Assembly: GCA_964552475.1 (NCBI GenBank)
Contig: CAZKFZ010000004.1
Span: 1-64,000 of the forward strand
Reading direction: 5' to 3'
DNA length: 64,000 nt
From: an uncultured Candidatus Saccharibacteria bacterium
GTDB lineage: Bacteria > Patescibacteriota > Saccharimonadia > CAILAD01 > BJGX01
Part shown: positions 28,826 through 39,254 of the stretch, in pieces
Position numbering within the stretch: position 1 is the stretch's first letter
Layout: every line of letters begins with the position of its first letter
Translations under genes and position numbers: made by a program
Notes under the pieces: generated by a model
Databases searched by the model: none
What the model was told of the DNA's origin: nothing
The model's input: only the letters and a program-made list of their open reading frames with translations

Positions 28826-29362
28826 ATGGTAAAACCTAATAAAACTGCGCAGATATTGCGCTATATTTCTCGTAAAAAAATATGTAGCCTTTTAGATATA
28901 ACTTCAAGACAACAGTTGTTAGATGTTTTTGTAGATACCAATTCTACTACCCCAAAACGTAGGCTAATAGACGCCTTAAGCCTGCTTGCAAAAAAGGGCT
29001 ATATTTCTGTAGGAACCGTAGATAATGACAAGATTTATAAAATAACCGAAAAAGGCTCGAGACACCTTAAACGCTTAGAAATTCTTGAAATAGATATAAA
29101 CAACTCGACATGGGATGGTCGGTGGTACATAGTAACTTTTGATATTCCTGAGAACAAAAAAGTCGTTCGTAATCAAATCATACTCTGTCTTAAAAGGCAC
29201 GACTTCTATAATTACACCAAGGGTATCTGGGTTTACCCACACAATCCTATCAAACTAGTTAATGAATTACGTGATCAGTACTCTATTCAAAAACAACTAA
29301 GGCTGATTGTTGCATATCATATAGATGGCGAACAACAATTAAAAAAGCATTTTCAGCTGTAG
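28826..29362 (+). CDS. PaaX-like transcriptional regulator (wHTH + Cas2-like C-terminal domain)
   Basis: 178 aa. C-terminal WDGRWYIVTFDIPE...VRNQIILCLKRHDFYNYTKGIWVYP matches the PaaX_C/Cas2-like fold. Confidence 0.55.
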   Translation: MVKPNKTAQILRYISRKKICSLLDITSRQQLLDVFVDTNSTTPKRRLIDALSLLAKKGYISVGTVDNDKIYKITEKGSRHLKRLEILEIDINNSTWDGRWYIVTFDIPENKKVVRNQIILCLKRHDFYNYTKGIWVYPHNPIKLVNELRDQYSIQKQLRLIVAYHIDGEQQLKKHFQL

Positions 29363-29563
29363 TTTAAAAGATGAATAGATACTAAAAAACCCGCGATGCC
29401 GAAAAGTCTTTGCAAAATAACCTTTCCCGTCAAAATATACAGGTGGGTGCCCGCAACACAATGACAATTATCAGGGGTAATCTTAGGCTCCCTTAAAGTT
29501 ATGCTTAATCAGAAAAAATTATTTAAGACCTATAAAATAGCTCGAGCATAGCAGGCTATAGAC

Positions 29564-30196
29564 TTATTGTAGCACAATAGGGTGCCCTAATATAACCGAT
29601 GCTAGACCCGTAACTAAGCTTAATATAAATGGCCCAATAAACTTATAAAGTAGTAGAAGTATTACAAATATCATTAATATACCATACCGCTCCATCTGAT
29701 CCATTACATCTTGCATACTACTTGGCAACACAGCATATAACACCCTAGACCCGTCTAGGGGTGGTATAGGTATCATATTAAACACAAAAAATGCTAAGTT
29801 AATTAGTACGAATTGCAACAAGAATATTCCAGCTATGCCACCTATGTCAAATAATCTAAGAAACAGACCTACAAATATTGCCATAACCAAGTTACTTGCT
29901 GGCCCAGCAACTGCTACCAGAGCTGCTCCCCATTTACCATAACGCACCGCATAAGGGTTGAAAGGAACGGGTTTGGCAGCCCCAAATACTACTGGTGAAC
30001 CAATAAGGATAAGTGCTACAGGCAGAAATAGGGTTGAAAAAGGATCAATATGAGCGATTGGGTTGAGAGTAAGTCTACCCTCTCTTTTTGCAGTCACGTC
30101 GCCCAGTAAATGCCCCGCCCAGGCATGGCAAAATTCATGCACCGTAAGAGCAATAATTACAATAACTAGATATAATCCAATTGCTGCTAAGTTCAT
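29564..30196 (-). CDS. Site-2 protease family (peptidase M50) membrane metalloprotease
   Basis: 210 aa. HEFCHAWAGH (HExxH) in a TM helix, polytopic. Confidence 0.75.
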   Translation of the reverse strand: MNLAAIGLYLVIVIIALTVHEFCHAWAGHLLGDVTAKREGRLTLNPIAHIDPFSTLFLPVALILIGSPVVFGAAKPVPFNPYAVRYGKWGAALVAVAGPASNLVMAIFVGLFLRLFDIGGIAGIFLLQFVLINLAFFVFNMIPIPPLDGSRVLYAVLPSSMQDVMDQMERYGILMIFVILLLLYKFIGPFILSLVTGLASVILGHPIVLQ

Positions 30197-30243
30197 AGTC
30201 TTACTATCTTACCAAATATAAGCATAAACATAAAACAAGGTCT

Positions 30244-31077
30244 TTAGTAGAACTCACCCTTTTTATATGTCCCTAGCTCAAAGCACTCACAGTCTATTTT
30301 GCTTAACTCAGACATAGCTTTTATTGAATTGTCACTTTGAGAACCAACATCGATATCTATATAAAACTGATAATGCCATGCTTTGCCAATTATAGGTCGT
30401 GACTCTAGCTTTGAAAGATTTATGTTGTTTTTTGCAAACACTCCTAGCGCCTTATATAGCGAACCCGGTTTGTGATTGGTGCGCAATATTAAAGAGGTCT
30501 TCTCGGCATTTGAGTCTGCCTCTTTTTGTTTAGATATCACAATAAACCTAGTGTAGTTTTGTTTGTGAGACTCAATTTCTTCTGCCAACACCTCTAAGCC
30601 ATAGTGTTTGGCAGATTCCTTACTACCAATCGCCACTACTTTAGCATCTGCTAGCATAGCCACTTTTTCTACGCTAGCTGCAGTATCGTGCTCTTCAACT
30701 CTCTCGGCAAAGTCTAGGTTTTTATCTAGCCAATCTTCACATTGCGCCAAGGCCGGTAGCTGGGAATGTATCTCGCTTATTTGTTTTAAATTCGTTCCTT
30801 TCAAGCCTATTAAACAGTGGTTGATTCTAAGATATACTTCGCCAACTATTAGGGTGTTTTTCTTCATTAACTGGGCGTATACATCGGCAATAGAGCCGAA
30901 AAGCGAGTTTTCAATAGCTACCAAGCCATAATCAGCTTCACCCGTAGCCACGTCTTTAAAAACCTCTTTAAAGGTATCTCTATGTAAAACATTGGTTTTG
31001 TTATTGCCAAAATACTTTTGCCTGGCAATATCGTGAAAAGAATAGCTTTTACCTTGTATAGAAACGGTACTTTTCAT
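30244..31077 (-). CDS. pheA: Prephenate dehydratase
   Basis: 277 aa. PDT domain (...TRFIVIS..., ESRP motif) plus a C-terminal ACT domain. Confidence 0.8.
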   Translation of the reverse strand: MKSTVSIQGKSYSFHDIARQKYFGNNKTNVLHRDTFKEVFKDVATGEADYGLVAIENSLFGSIADVYAQLMKKNTLIVGEVYLRINHCLIGLKGTNLKQISEIHSQLPALAQCEDWLDKNLDFAERVEEHDTAASVEKVAMLADAKVVAIGSKESAKHYGLEVLAEEIESHKQNYTRFIVISKQKEADSNAEKTSLILRTNHKPGSLYKALGVFAKNNINLSKLESRPIIGKAWHYQFYIDIDVGSQSDNSIKAMSELSKIDCECFELGTYKKGEFY

Positions 31078-31197
31078 AAGATTGAAATTATACCAGAATA
31101 CACTAATTCATACAAATTGACTGTACCTGAAACACTTACTGCACTCTTGCATTACTTGGTATGCTATGATAATATAACAAAGTTAATTTTAAAGATT

Positions 31198-31428
31198 ATG
31201 TCATACAAATGCGATATCACCGGCAAAGGTAAACAATTTGGTAACAACCGCTCACATTCTATGCGAGCAACCAAAAAAACCTGGAAACCCAATTTACAGA
31301 AAAAAACCCTGGTTATTGACGGCCAAAAGGTTAGATTAAAGCTAGCTACATCCACTATACGTACTCTTCGCAAGTACCAGACACAGATAGACAAAAAAGA
31401 ACTTATTGCAACCAAAAAAGAAGCTTAA
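31198..31428 (+). CDS. rpmB: 50S ribosomal protein L28
   Basis: MSYKCDITGKGKQFGNNRSHSMRATKKTWKPNLQKK... The ORF opens at 31018, but the conserved start is ATG 31198. Confidence 0.85.
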   Translation: MSYKCDITGKGKQFGNNRSHSMRATKKTWKPNLQKKTLVIDGQKVRLKLATSTIRTLRKYQTQIDKKELIATKKEA

Positions 31429-31444
31429 AAAAGCTTCTTTTTTG
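31415..31444 (+). terminator. Rho-independent terminator after rpmB (AAAAAGAAGCTT-aaaa-AAGCTTCTTTTTT)
   Basis: Perfect 12-bp palindrome with a T-run. Confidence 0.7.
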
Positions 31445-31460
31445 ATATTAATTACAAATA

Positions 31461-32000
31461 TTATTCTATAACTACTAGTCTTTGTTGATCTACGTCGATA
31501 AGTTCTTTCTTCTGTACCTTAAACTTAGTAGATTTTTCTTGCTCTTGGCCAAGCTCATCTATAAATGCTTTTAACTCGTCTGGAGAATAACTATGCGGAA
31601 TAACCACTTTTGGCTCTATTTGACTAATCACCTTGGTAACAGTTCCGGTTTTATCGCTTTTAACAGGTACAAGTAAAATATCTACGCTCGCAAATGCTTC
31701 AAGCTGCAGATCGGTCAATACATCTTCTATTGAGGCTAGGTAGGCCACCCTAATGCCTTCACTTAATACCGAGAAAGCTGTGTTGTCTTTGGCGATATCT
31801 ATTGCATCGATCATGCAGTTTTTAACTTCATACTCGCCAGGCGAGTCAAAAACCACTAGCCCGCCTACTTTATTAACTTTGTCTTTTTGGTGATCTGAAA
31901 AAAGAACAGCATCGGCTTTAGGGTTCATATCTTCAAGCGATATATTAATTGACCTAGTAACAATATAAAAATGGTTTTTGTTGGTCTTTGTAATTTCCAT
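31461..32000 (-). CDS. MBL-fold (beta-lactamase-like) hydrolase-like protein, short form
   Basis: 179 aa. Resembles the short COG2220-type metallo-hydrolase fold. Metal-binding motif is not clearly conserved. Confidence 0.4.
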   Translation of the reverse strand: MEITKTNKNHFYIVTRSINISLEDMNPKADAVLFSDHQKDKVNKVGGLVVFDSPGEYEVKNCMIDAIDIAKDNTAFSVLSEGIRVAYLASIEDVLTDLQLEAFASVDILLVPVKSDKTGTVTKVISQIEPKVVIPHSYSPDELKAFIDELGQEQEKSTKFKVQKKELIDVDQQRLVVIE

Positions 32001-32051
32001 AACTTAATTAGTATATATTAATTTTAGCTAAATAATTGATTTTTTTGTACC

Positions 32052-33086
32052 TTATTTCTCTACCTGCTCGTTATAATATTGATATAAGCTACTAACTATT
32101 ACCGATGCTGCTGCCGTAACTGGTACAGCAATTAAAACACCTACAAAACCAAATAGAGTACCTCCTATCAAAGCGGCAAGCAGTACCAACATAGGATGTA
32201 TGCCTACAGTCTTCTTCATCACTTGTGGCACAATAAGGTTGCCCTCTATCTGTTGAATTACCAAGAAAAATATCGCAACTATAACTGCCTTAAGTGGTGA
32301 TCCAGTAAGTAGTGCAAATAACACGGCAGGGATTGCCCCTAAATAAGCTCCAACCATCGGTACAGCCTCCATAAGACCAGCGAATAGTGCAAGCGTAAGA
32401 GCATAATCTACACCAATAATACTTAGACCTATATAAGACGCCACAAAAATTACCAAACAAAGTATAGCTTGTCCACGCAACCATCCACCAAGCTTATTAG
32501 AAACATCATGCAGTAGCTTAACAAACTGTTCTCGCCAAAGCTTCTTTGGTAGCATGCCAGACAATAAAACCGCAAACTGCCGACCGCTAGCCAACATATA
32601 GATTAGAAATATAAAGAAAGTTAAAAAGCTAAATAATCCACCTGCTACACCTAGTGATATAGCTGTAGCATTAGCACTAATTCTTTCTGCACTTTTATGA
32701 AGATTTTCGGCTGCTTTGTCGTAGATAAACTGCGTATATGTTTGATGCGACGAAAATTCTTGAATTTTATCTTGATAATATGGCCAATGAGAGTTTAGAG
32801 TTCTGGCCTGAGTAACTATTGTTGGTATTATGAGTGCCGACACTATCACAAAAACTGCCACAATACTTATTACCACAATCGCCACGGCCAACCCTCTACG
32901 CAAATGTAGCCGTCTTTCAATACTCGATACCACTGGGTTTAAGGCTACAGCGAATATCCCAGCTGCAAGAAGAGATATTATTATTCCAGATATCTGAAAC
33001 ATAACCCAGACAAACAAAACCGTTAGTAGTAAATACAAAAACGATAGTGGTGAGATAATAATAATATGTCGCTTGGTATCTTTCAT
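32052..33086 (-). CDS. AI-2E family transporter (PerM/UPF0118)
   Basis: 344 aa. Polytopic, with the conserved C-terminal ...QQIEGNLIVPQVMKKTVGIHP... Confidence 0.8.
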   Translation of the reverse strand: MKDTKRHIIIISPLSFLYLLLTVLFVWVMFQISGIIISLLAAGIFAVALNPVVSSIERRLHLRRGLAVAIVVISIVAVFVIVSALIIPTIVTQARTLNSHWPYYQDKIQEFSSHQTYTQFIYDKAAENLHKSAERISANATAISLGVAGGLFSFLTFFIFLIYMLASGRQFAVLLSGMLPKKLWREQFVKLLHDVSNKLGGWLRGQAILCLVIFVASYIGLSIIGVDYALTLALFAGLMEAVPMVGAYLGAIPAVLFALLTGSPLKAVIVAIFFLVIQQIEGNLIVPQVMKKTVGIHPMLVLLAALIGGTLFGFVGVLIAVPVTAAASVIVSSLYQYYNEQVEK

Positions 33087-33093
33087 CTCTCTA

Positions 33094-33789
33094 TTAGTTA
33101 TTAACCTGTTTTGATTGTATTGGTATCTTAGCGCTATTGTCTTTTATGATAGGAGTAACTACTTTTGGCTCTGAAGTAACCGTTGGCTCGGTTTCTGAAA
33201 AAATATTAAGATTATCATATAAAACATCTTTTTTGGCATCTAGGATATCGGTTAGGAACCTATCGTTAAGGTTACGTCTATAATCAAAGTCCTCTAAGCG
33301 CATTGCTGTGTAATTTAGCTCTCGGGTCATTTCTTTCTCCATTTCACCAATTATCTGGGCGAGTTTTGCACTATTCATGTCGCCCACAATGAAAATATCT
33401 ATCTGTTGATCACTACCTCTTACAAATGCACCGGTCAAGAATAATAGCCTTACATTACCAGCTTTTTTAATACGTTTTAGAATTTGGTCATCTTCTTTGG
33501 TCTGCTTTATTACTTTAGATTTAGCTGGAATTTTCGAGAAAATAGACTGTAATTCGTTGTGAAAAGCGTATTTTTGGTTGATTTCGTAATACAATCTATT
33601 GCCTTGGCTTACCGATCTAACTATACCTATATTTAAAAGGTTTTGTAGTTCACGTCTAACTGAATTTATTTGTTCATCAATTTTTCGAGTAATTTCTCGT
33701 ACATAAAAAGGTCGTTCTGGATTGTTATAAAACAGACTTAGTAATTTTACTCGTGTTTTTGATCCAAACAATTGTTCAAACATTACCAC
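33094..33789 (-). CDS. Hypothetical HTH + nucleotidyltransferase-like domain protein
   Basis: 231 aa. N-terminal wHTH-like segment, then a GSxxxG..D.D-like region (IFIVGDM). Confidence 0.4.
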   Translation of the reverse strand: MVMFEQLFGSKTRVKLLSLFYNNPERPFYVREITRKIDEQINSVRRELQNLLNIGIVRSVSQGNRLYYEINQKYAFHNELQSIFSKIPAKSKVIKQTKEDDQILKRIKKAGNVRLLFLTGAFVRGSDQQIDIFIVGDMNSAKLAQIIGEMEKEMTRELNYTAMRLEDFDYRRNLNDRFLTDILDAKKDVLYDNLNIFSETEPTVTSEPKVVTPIIKDNSAKIPIQSKQVNN

Positions 33790-33897
33790 TCCTTTTTATT
33801 ATAGTATAGTTATTCATACACCTATAAACTACAATGTTACATCTGATTATACATGTAATTGAACACATTTTACAAGTTGGGCAAACAATAGTTCTTT

Positions 33898-34614
33898 TTA
33901 TTGAGGCCTTTTTTGTGCAGCTATTGCTGCGATATTTTCTAACCGATCGTCAAGCCTAGAAAGTTGATAGTCGTTGTTATTTAAGCTTATAGCCTGCTCT
34001 ATAATATAATCAGCTACAACTGGATTTTTGGGCAAGAATGACCCGTGTAAATAAGTTCCGATTGCGTTTTTGCTATGAATACCCTCTTCTTTAGATGTTC
34101 TATTATTACCAAACCCTTTAATCACCAAACCTAGAGGTTTTTGGCTCCCCAAGAGCTCTGTATTGCCACTATGGTTCTCAAAACCTACCATTTCACCAAA
34201 TTTATCGCTACTAATAACAATGTTTCCAATCATTCTAAATTCTGTTGCTTTTGTTATTGCATTAAATATACCTATACCTGGTATATCTTCTTTGTTTGAG
34301 GTCACAAAGTACTTACCAAAAAGCTGATAACCACCACAAATAGCAAGCATGGGAACGTTTCTGTTGTAGTGATCATGCAATATTTTTTTGTGTTTTTGCA
34401 GGTCTTGTGCCGCGTAGGTTTGTCCCTTGTCTTGTCCTCCACCAATAAAGATAATATCGAAGTCATCTTTAAGACTATCGTCTATTAAGTGCTTATGGTA
34501 TTCATATTTTATACCACGCCACTCCATCCTTTTTTGTAGAGTAATGATATTCCCAAAATCACCATAGATATTCATTCTATCTGGGTATAAATGAAGTATT
34601 TTTATGGGTTTCAT
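33898..34614 (-). CDS. gatD: Lipid II isoglutaminyl synthase glutaminase subunit GatD (CobB/CobQ-type GATase)
   Basis: 238 aa. ...LAICGGYQLFGKYF... catalytic Cys and conserved His. Overlaps murT. Confidence 0.8.
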   Translation of the reverse strand: MKPIKILHLYPDRMNIYGDFGNIITLQKRMEWRGIKYEYHKHLIDDSLKDDFDIIFIGGGQDKGQTYAAQDLQKHKKILHDHYNRNVPMLAICGGYQLFGKYFVTSNKEDIPGIGIFNAITKATEFRMIGNIVISSDKFGEMVGFENHSGNTELLGSQKPLGLVIKGFGNNRTSKEEGIHSKNAIGTYLHGSFLPKNPVVADYIIEQAISLNNNDYQLSRLDDRLENIAAIAAQKRPQ

Positions 34615-35993
34615 GACGAAATACCCCCTATACTGCTATCGCCTTTTTTTGCAATTATCTCCCGTATATTCATCATTGCGGTATAGGTAGGAAGTATATA
34701 TGCGGTATTATCTTTGGGCGTAAGTTCGATAAGTTTATTTAGGGCTTTTTCTATGTTGGGCTCGATGTTTATTTTATCAATACCAATTCCGGCATACTTA
34801 AGTCTAAGCGCCATATCGTAAGCTCTACTACCACTTACCACAATTTTTGCTTTGTAGCTACTAATATCTTCAATGGCGCTGTCCCATAGCCACGACACAT
34901 CCCTACCATCTGCTAAGTAATCATTAATACATATAAGGAGAGGTTGGGTCTGTGGCTTTGGTTTTAGATAAGTTTGTATTACCTGGTTTAATCCAGTAGG
35001 GTTTTTAATAAGAATTAGTTCTATTTTTCTTTGAGAGTAAGTTAGTTCTTCGCCTCTACCAAAGGCAGGTGTACTATTATTAAGCGTTTCTACAAGGGTG
35101 TTTGTTGTAATATTAAGGATATTTGCCACACCTATAACCGCTAAGGCATTATATATATTGTATAGCCCTGGTAACTTTAGATTAATTTTTAGTACTTCTG
35201 TTGGTGTTTTCACATCAATTTTGGAACCATTCTTAGATATTTGATGCATTTTAGATAGTGCTATTTGGGGTTTCGGTCTAGAGTTGTGAGTATTTTCAGA
35301 CCTGTAGATTCCAACGTGGCTAAAATAACGTTGTAAATATTTCAACTTTTTTCCATTATTTATATCAAATACACTATCGGCAGTATAATCGTGCTCTATC
35401 TTCTCACCAATATAGTCATCGACACCAAAGTATACAACGTCTTTTTTTGATTCCCTACCTAAACTTGCCACTAGAGGGTCGTCTGCATTAAGAATAAGAG
35501 TAGATTTAAGCTTTTTAAAGGTGTTGCGGAAATTCTTTGCTATACTATCTAGTTCACCATAACGGTCTAACTGATCTCTAAAAAGGTTGGTAACAACAAC
35601 GTAGTCGGGCTTTAAATCTCTACAAACACTAGGTATATAGGCCTCATCCACCTCAAAAACGGCCATATCCTCCTCGCATCTGCCTTTACTATTGCTATGA
35701 GCCAAAATTGCGGCAATTATACCTCTTCTAAGGTTAGAGCCGGCAGTATTGCGAACAAAGCTTATACTGCTACGCTTCAAAACGTCTGCTAGTATTTTTG
35801 AGGTGGTAGTCTTACCGTTCGTACCAGTAATAACAATAACCCCTTTTGGAAAATTATCCTTGCGCAACTTGCTTAGTAGATCAGAGTCTACTTTTTCTGC
35901 AACCAAGCCGGGCATAGCCGTACCGCTCAATCTAAACAATCTACCCGTAGATCGAGCTAGTTTAGCCGATTGTATTGCTATATATTTACGCAT
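34611..35993 (-). CDS. murT: Lipid II isoglutaminyl synthase MurT (Mur ligase family)
   Basis: 460 aa. ITGTNGKTTT P-loop, Mur-ligase middle domain and C-terminal DUF1727. Confidence 0.8.
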   Translation of the reverse strand: MRKYIAIQSAKLARSTGRLFRLSGTAMPGLVAEKVDSDLLSKLRKDNFPKGVIVITGTNGKTTTSKILADVLKRSSISFVRNTAGSNLRRGIIAAILAHSNSKGRCEEDMAVFEVDEAYIPSVCRDLKPDYVVVTNLFRDQLDRYGELDSIAKNFRNTFKKLKSTLILNADDPLVASLGRESKKDVVYFGVDDYIGEKIEHDYTADSVFDINNGKKLKYLQRYFSHVGIYRSENTHNSRPKPQIALSKMHQISKNGSKIDVKTPTEVLKINLKLPGLYNIYNALAVIGVANILNITTNTLVETLNNSTPAFGRGEELTYSQRKIELILIKNPTGLNQVIQTYLKPKPQTQPLLICINDYLADGRDVSWLWDSAIEDISSYKAKIVVSGSRAYDMALRLKYAGIGIDKINIEPNIEKALNKLIELTPKDNTAYILPTYTAMMNIREIIAKKGDSSIGGISS

Positions 35994-36025
35994 ATTGTTT
36001 ATATTGTATCAAAGAAGTTAGGATT

Positions 36026-36901
36026 TTATGTATTTAGGTATGAATAGATAAGTTCTTCTGCTTGTGAAGTATCTTGTATCCAAGAGATATGCTTATTTCT
36101 TCTAAACCAGGTTAGTTGTTTTCTAGATAATTGCCAGGTGGCGTTATTTATTTTAGCTTCTAAATCATTATAGCCCAACTTACCATGAAGGTAGTCAATT
36201 ACTTGGGCGTAGCCAGTTGTGTGTAGAAGTATGTCTGCTTGCCCATAGGTTTTTAGTAAATCCTCTACTTCTTGTATAAAGTTATTATTCAACATATATT
36301 TTGTACGTGTTGCTATATTTTGCTTTAATATAGGCGTTTCTACATACAAACCCAAGACTAGTGAGTTAGGTATATTGCGTTTTCTATCGTTATCTTTGCT
36401 AGGACCTTTGGTGATTAACTGCTCAACTCTACGCCTATTTTTTATATCAATATTAATATAATCTTTAGGGTATTTTTGCTTTGCAACTTCTTGGAGTTTA
36501 GTAAGGCTCATTTCTTTGATTTTTGTTTGGTCGGCAGGGCTTAATGTATTTCTGAATTTATAATCATACAATACTGTATCTATATACATACCACTACCAC
36601 CTACCAAGAATGGTAATTTGTTCTTTATTTCTATGTTAGTAATAGCTCTTTGTGCTCCTTTTTTATATTCGGCAGCACTAAATGGTTTGTCTGGACTACA
36701 AACATCAATAAGATAGTGCTTCACTTCTTTTTGTTCAGATCTAGTTGGTTTGGCTGTGCCAACGTTCATCCCCTTGTATATGGTTCGAGAGTCAGCACAG
36801 ACAATCTCGCCATTAAATTCTTTGGCCAATTTAATTGATAGCGAGGTTTTGCCAGAGGCAGTAGCACCCAAAATAGTGACTAGTTTACTATTATTGTGCA
36901 T
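36026..36901 (-). CDS. miaA: tRNA dimethylallyltransferase
   Basis: 291 aa. ...ILGATASGKTSLSIKLAKEFNGEIVCADSRTIYKGMNVGTAKPT... Confidence 0.9.
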   Translation of the reverse strand: MHNNSKLVTILGATASGKTSLSIKLAKEFNGEIVCADSRTIYKGMNVGTAKPTRSEQKEVKHYLIDVCSPDKPFSAAEYKKGAQRAITNIEIKNKLPFLVGGSGMYIDTVLYDYKFRNTLSPADQTKIKEMSLTKLQEVAKQKYPKDYINIDIKNRRRVEQLITKGPSKDNDRKRNIPNSLVLGLYVETPILKQNIATRTKYMLNNNFIQEVEDLLKTYGQADILLHTTGYAQVIDYLHGKLGYNDLEAKINNATWQLSRKQLTWFRRNKHISWIQDTSQAEELIYSYLNT

Positions 36902-38715
36902 TACAGGCTACGATTTTTGATATTTTCCAATAATGTTGCTAAAAATACCTCATACTTTTGAGTTCCAAGGTCATTTCCCCCATATTTCCTTATAGATACA
37001 GAACTTGTTTTTTGCTCTTTCTCACCTACAATCAACGCATATGGAACTTTCATAACTTCCGCATTACGAATTCTTTTGCCAAGCGACTCTGATGAATCGT
37101 CTAATTTTAACCTAATACCAGAAGCATGGTAGTGCCTGGTAACTTCTTGCGCAAACTTATTATATTTTTCTGATACCGGAATTATGCGTACTTGTTCTGG
37201 TGCTAGCCATAGAGGGAATGCCCCTGCAAAATGCTCAATGAGTATCATAATAAATCGCTCAAAAGAGCCAAATATTGCTCGGTGTATCATAACAGGGGTG
37301 ACTTCACTACCCTCATTATCTGTATATGTCAGACCAAAACGCTTGGGTGTAGCGAAGTCTAATTGTACTGTAGCGAGCTGTGTCTCTCTACCAAGGGCAT
37401 CTTTAAACATAAAGTCTAGCTTAGGCCCATAAAGAGCAGCTTCGCCCTCCATACGCATTGCGCCAAGTTTTTTCTCTTCTGCAAGCTCAGTAAGCATAGA
37501 TTCAGATTGCTCCCAGTCCTTCTCATCGCCAATATATTTTTCAGGTGTCTTAGGGTCGCTCACAGATAATGAAACCCAATGATTACCCCAGAGTCCTAAC
37601 GACGTATAGAAACCTTCTATTAGTTCTACTATCATGCTTGCTTCTTGCTTAATCTGATCAACCGTACAGAAGGTATGCCCATCATCTACGGTAAATCCTC
37701 GTGTTCTTTGCAATCCACCAATCTCTCCGGGTTTCTCGTCGCGATACTGCATAGTCTGTTCTACATACCTAATAGGAAGATCTTTATAGCTTCTTGGTTT
37801 AGATGCATATATCTGTGTATGATGTGGGCAATTGACTGGCTTAAGTACAAACTCTTGTTTGTGATGACTAGCTACCTTAAAAAGTTCATCTGCAAATTTC
37901 TCGGCATGACCAGATATATTGTAGAGATCAATCTTGGCCAGATGTGGAATAGATACCTGTTGCATTTCGTGTTTTGCACCAAGATCCTTAAGTACCGTCT
38001 TAAGCTCTTCTATTAATACCGTTCCACGAGGTGTATACATAGGCAGTCCAGAACCGACAAGTTCTGAAAAAGTAAATAAATCGAGCTGTAGCCCAAGCTT
38101 ACGATGGTCGCGCTTGGCAGCTTCTTCTAACATTTGCTTGTAACTAGTTAATTCGTCTTTAGTTGTAAAAGCTACACCGTAAATTCTTTGAAGCTGAGGA
38201 TTATTTTCGTTACCACGCCAAAACACACCTGATATTTTAGTTAAATCAAAGCCTTCTGGGTTTATTTCGGACGTATTTTTTACATGTGGGCCACGACAAA
38301 GATCTACAAAACTACCTGTTTTATATACTGTAACTGTTGTTATTTTTTCTGCATTTTGTATCAAATCGCTATCGCCAGCATCATCCACGGCGGTTGAACC
38401 CTTGGTTTTTAGATCTTTTAGCAGTTCTACCTTAAGATCTTGATTATTCCTTTTAAAGTATGTAATGGCTTCGTCTATAGGCCACTCCTCTTTTACAAAG
38501 TCAATTTTCTGACTAATCATTTTTTGCATGGCTTTGCGTATCTTTGGTAGGTCTGCCAATACTAGGGGCTTATCTAAGCCCATATCGTAGTAAAAACCAT
38601 TCTCTACTACAGGACCAACACCAAATTGAGCTTCTGGGTGCTGCTGCTGTATCACAGCTGCCATAATATGGGCGAGGCTATGTCTTATCTTATGTAGCTG
38701 TTCACTTTTGTCCAT
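36901..38715 (-). CDS. thrS: Threonine--tRNA ligase
   Basis: 604 aa. TGS/second-additional-domain N-terminus (HSLAHIMAAVI), class II core, and the anticodon-binding C-terminus. Confidence 0.9.
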   Translation of the reverse strand: MDKSEQLHKIRHSLAHIMAAVIQQQHPEAQFGVGPVVENGFYYDMGLDKPLVLADLPKIRKAMQKMISQKIDFVKEEWPIDEAITYFKRNNQDLKVELLKDLKTKGSTAVDDAGDSDLIQNAEKITTVTVYKTGSFVDLCRGPHVKNTSEINPEGFDLTKISGVFWRGNENNPQLQRIYGVAFTTKDELTSYKQMLEEAAKRDHRKLGLQLDLFTFSELVGSGLPMYTPRGTVLIEELKTVLKDLGAKHEMQQVSIPHLAKIDLYNISGHAEKFADELFKVASHHKQEFVLKPVNCPHHTQIYASKPRSYKDLPIRYVEQTMQYRDEKPGEIGGLQRTRGFTVDDGHTFCTVDQIKQEASMIVELIEGFYTSLGLWGNHWVSLSVSDPKTPEKYIGDEKDWEQSESMLTELAEEKKLGAMRMEGEAALYGPKLDFMFKDALGRETQLATVQLDFATPKRFGLTYTDNEGSEVTPVMIHRAIFGSFERFIMILIEHFAGAFPLWLAPEQVRIIPVSEKYNKFAQEVTRHYHASGIRLKLDDSSESLGKRIRNAEVMKVPYALIVGEKEQKTSSVSIRKYGGNDLGTQKYEVFLATLLENIKNRSL

Positions 38716-39076
38716 AATATCTCCTTATATAATAAAAACCACCTAGTAAGTGCTCGGTCCCAAGGGTCTTGGGAGGTTCCACCGAGCTTATCCGTGGTGG
38801 ATCTCTCTTTGCTAATCTGTTACGCCGACTAGCTTACGAGACACATAGGTTGGTTGGGCCTATGTATGGTCTTATTTATCTAAACTCTATTTTAGCAAAT
38901 ATTTGTAATAATTCAATTGGTGGGCAATACAGGACAGCGGCTACCGCCTTTTTCGTCCAGTGCTTGGTCAAACTGCAAACAAGTTTGCTTTTGACACTGC
39001 GCGCTGTACTCCACCGAACCTAAGGTTTCGAACTTCTATTTGTCACCAATTTCTAACCAAAGTGATGATCAGAAAT
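38716..39076 (-). promoter_or_regulatory. thrS 5' leader with terminator/antiterminator architecture; candidate T-box riboswitch
   Basis: Minus strand carries ...GCUCGGUGGAACC... (compare the T-box core AGGGUGGNACC with its UGGN bulge). This lies inside a long GC hairpin (CCACC...GGUGG) that is followed by UUUUUAUUAU and then AAGGAG-N6-AUG. An upstream AGUA box and a GAAACCU segment carrying an ACC Thr codon are present. Confidence 0.4.
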
Positions 39077-39153
<77 letters not shown>

Positions 39154-39254
39154 TTGTAAAAGCAATACTTTGGTTTCAAAATACTTCAAAAAGCATTCTA
39201 TAAAATTATATCCTTTATCTGGTAAGTTTACAATTTACCATTAAAACATATAGC

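Noticed and set aside
38769-39023. 84-aa plus-strand ORF between thrS and tRNA-Val
   Set aside because: It lies antisense within the structured thrS leader. No SD and no conservation signal, so it is most likely non-coding.
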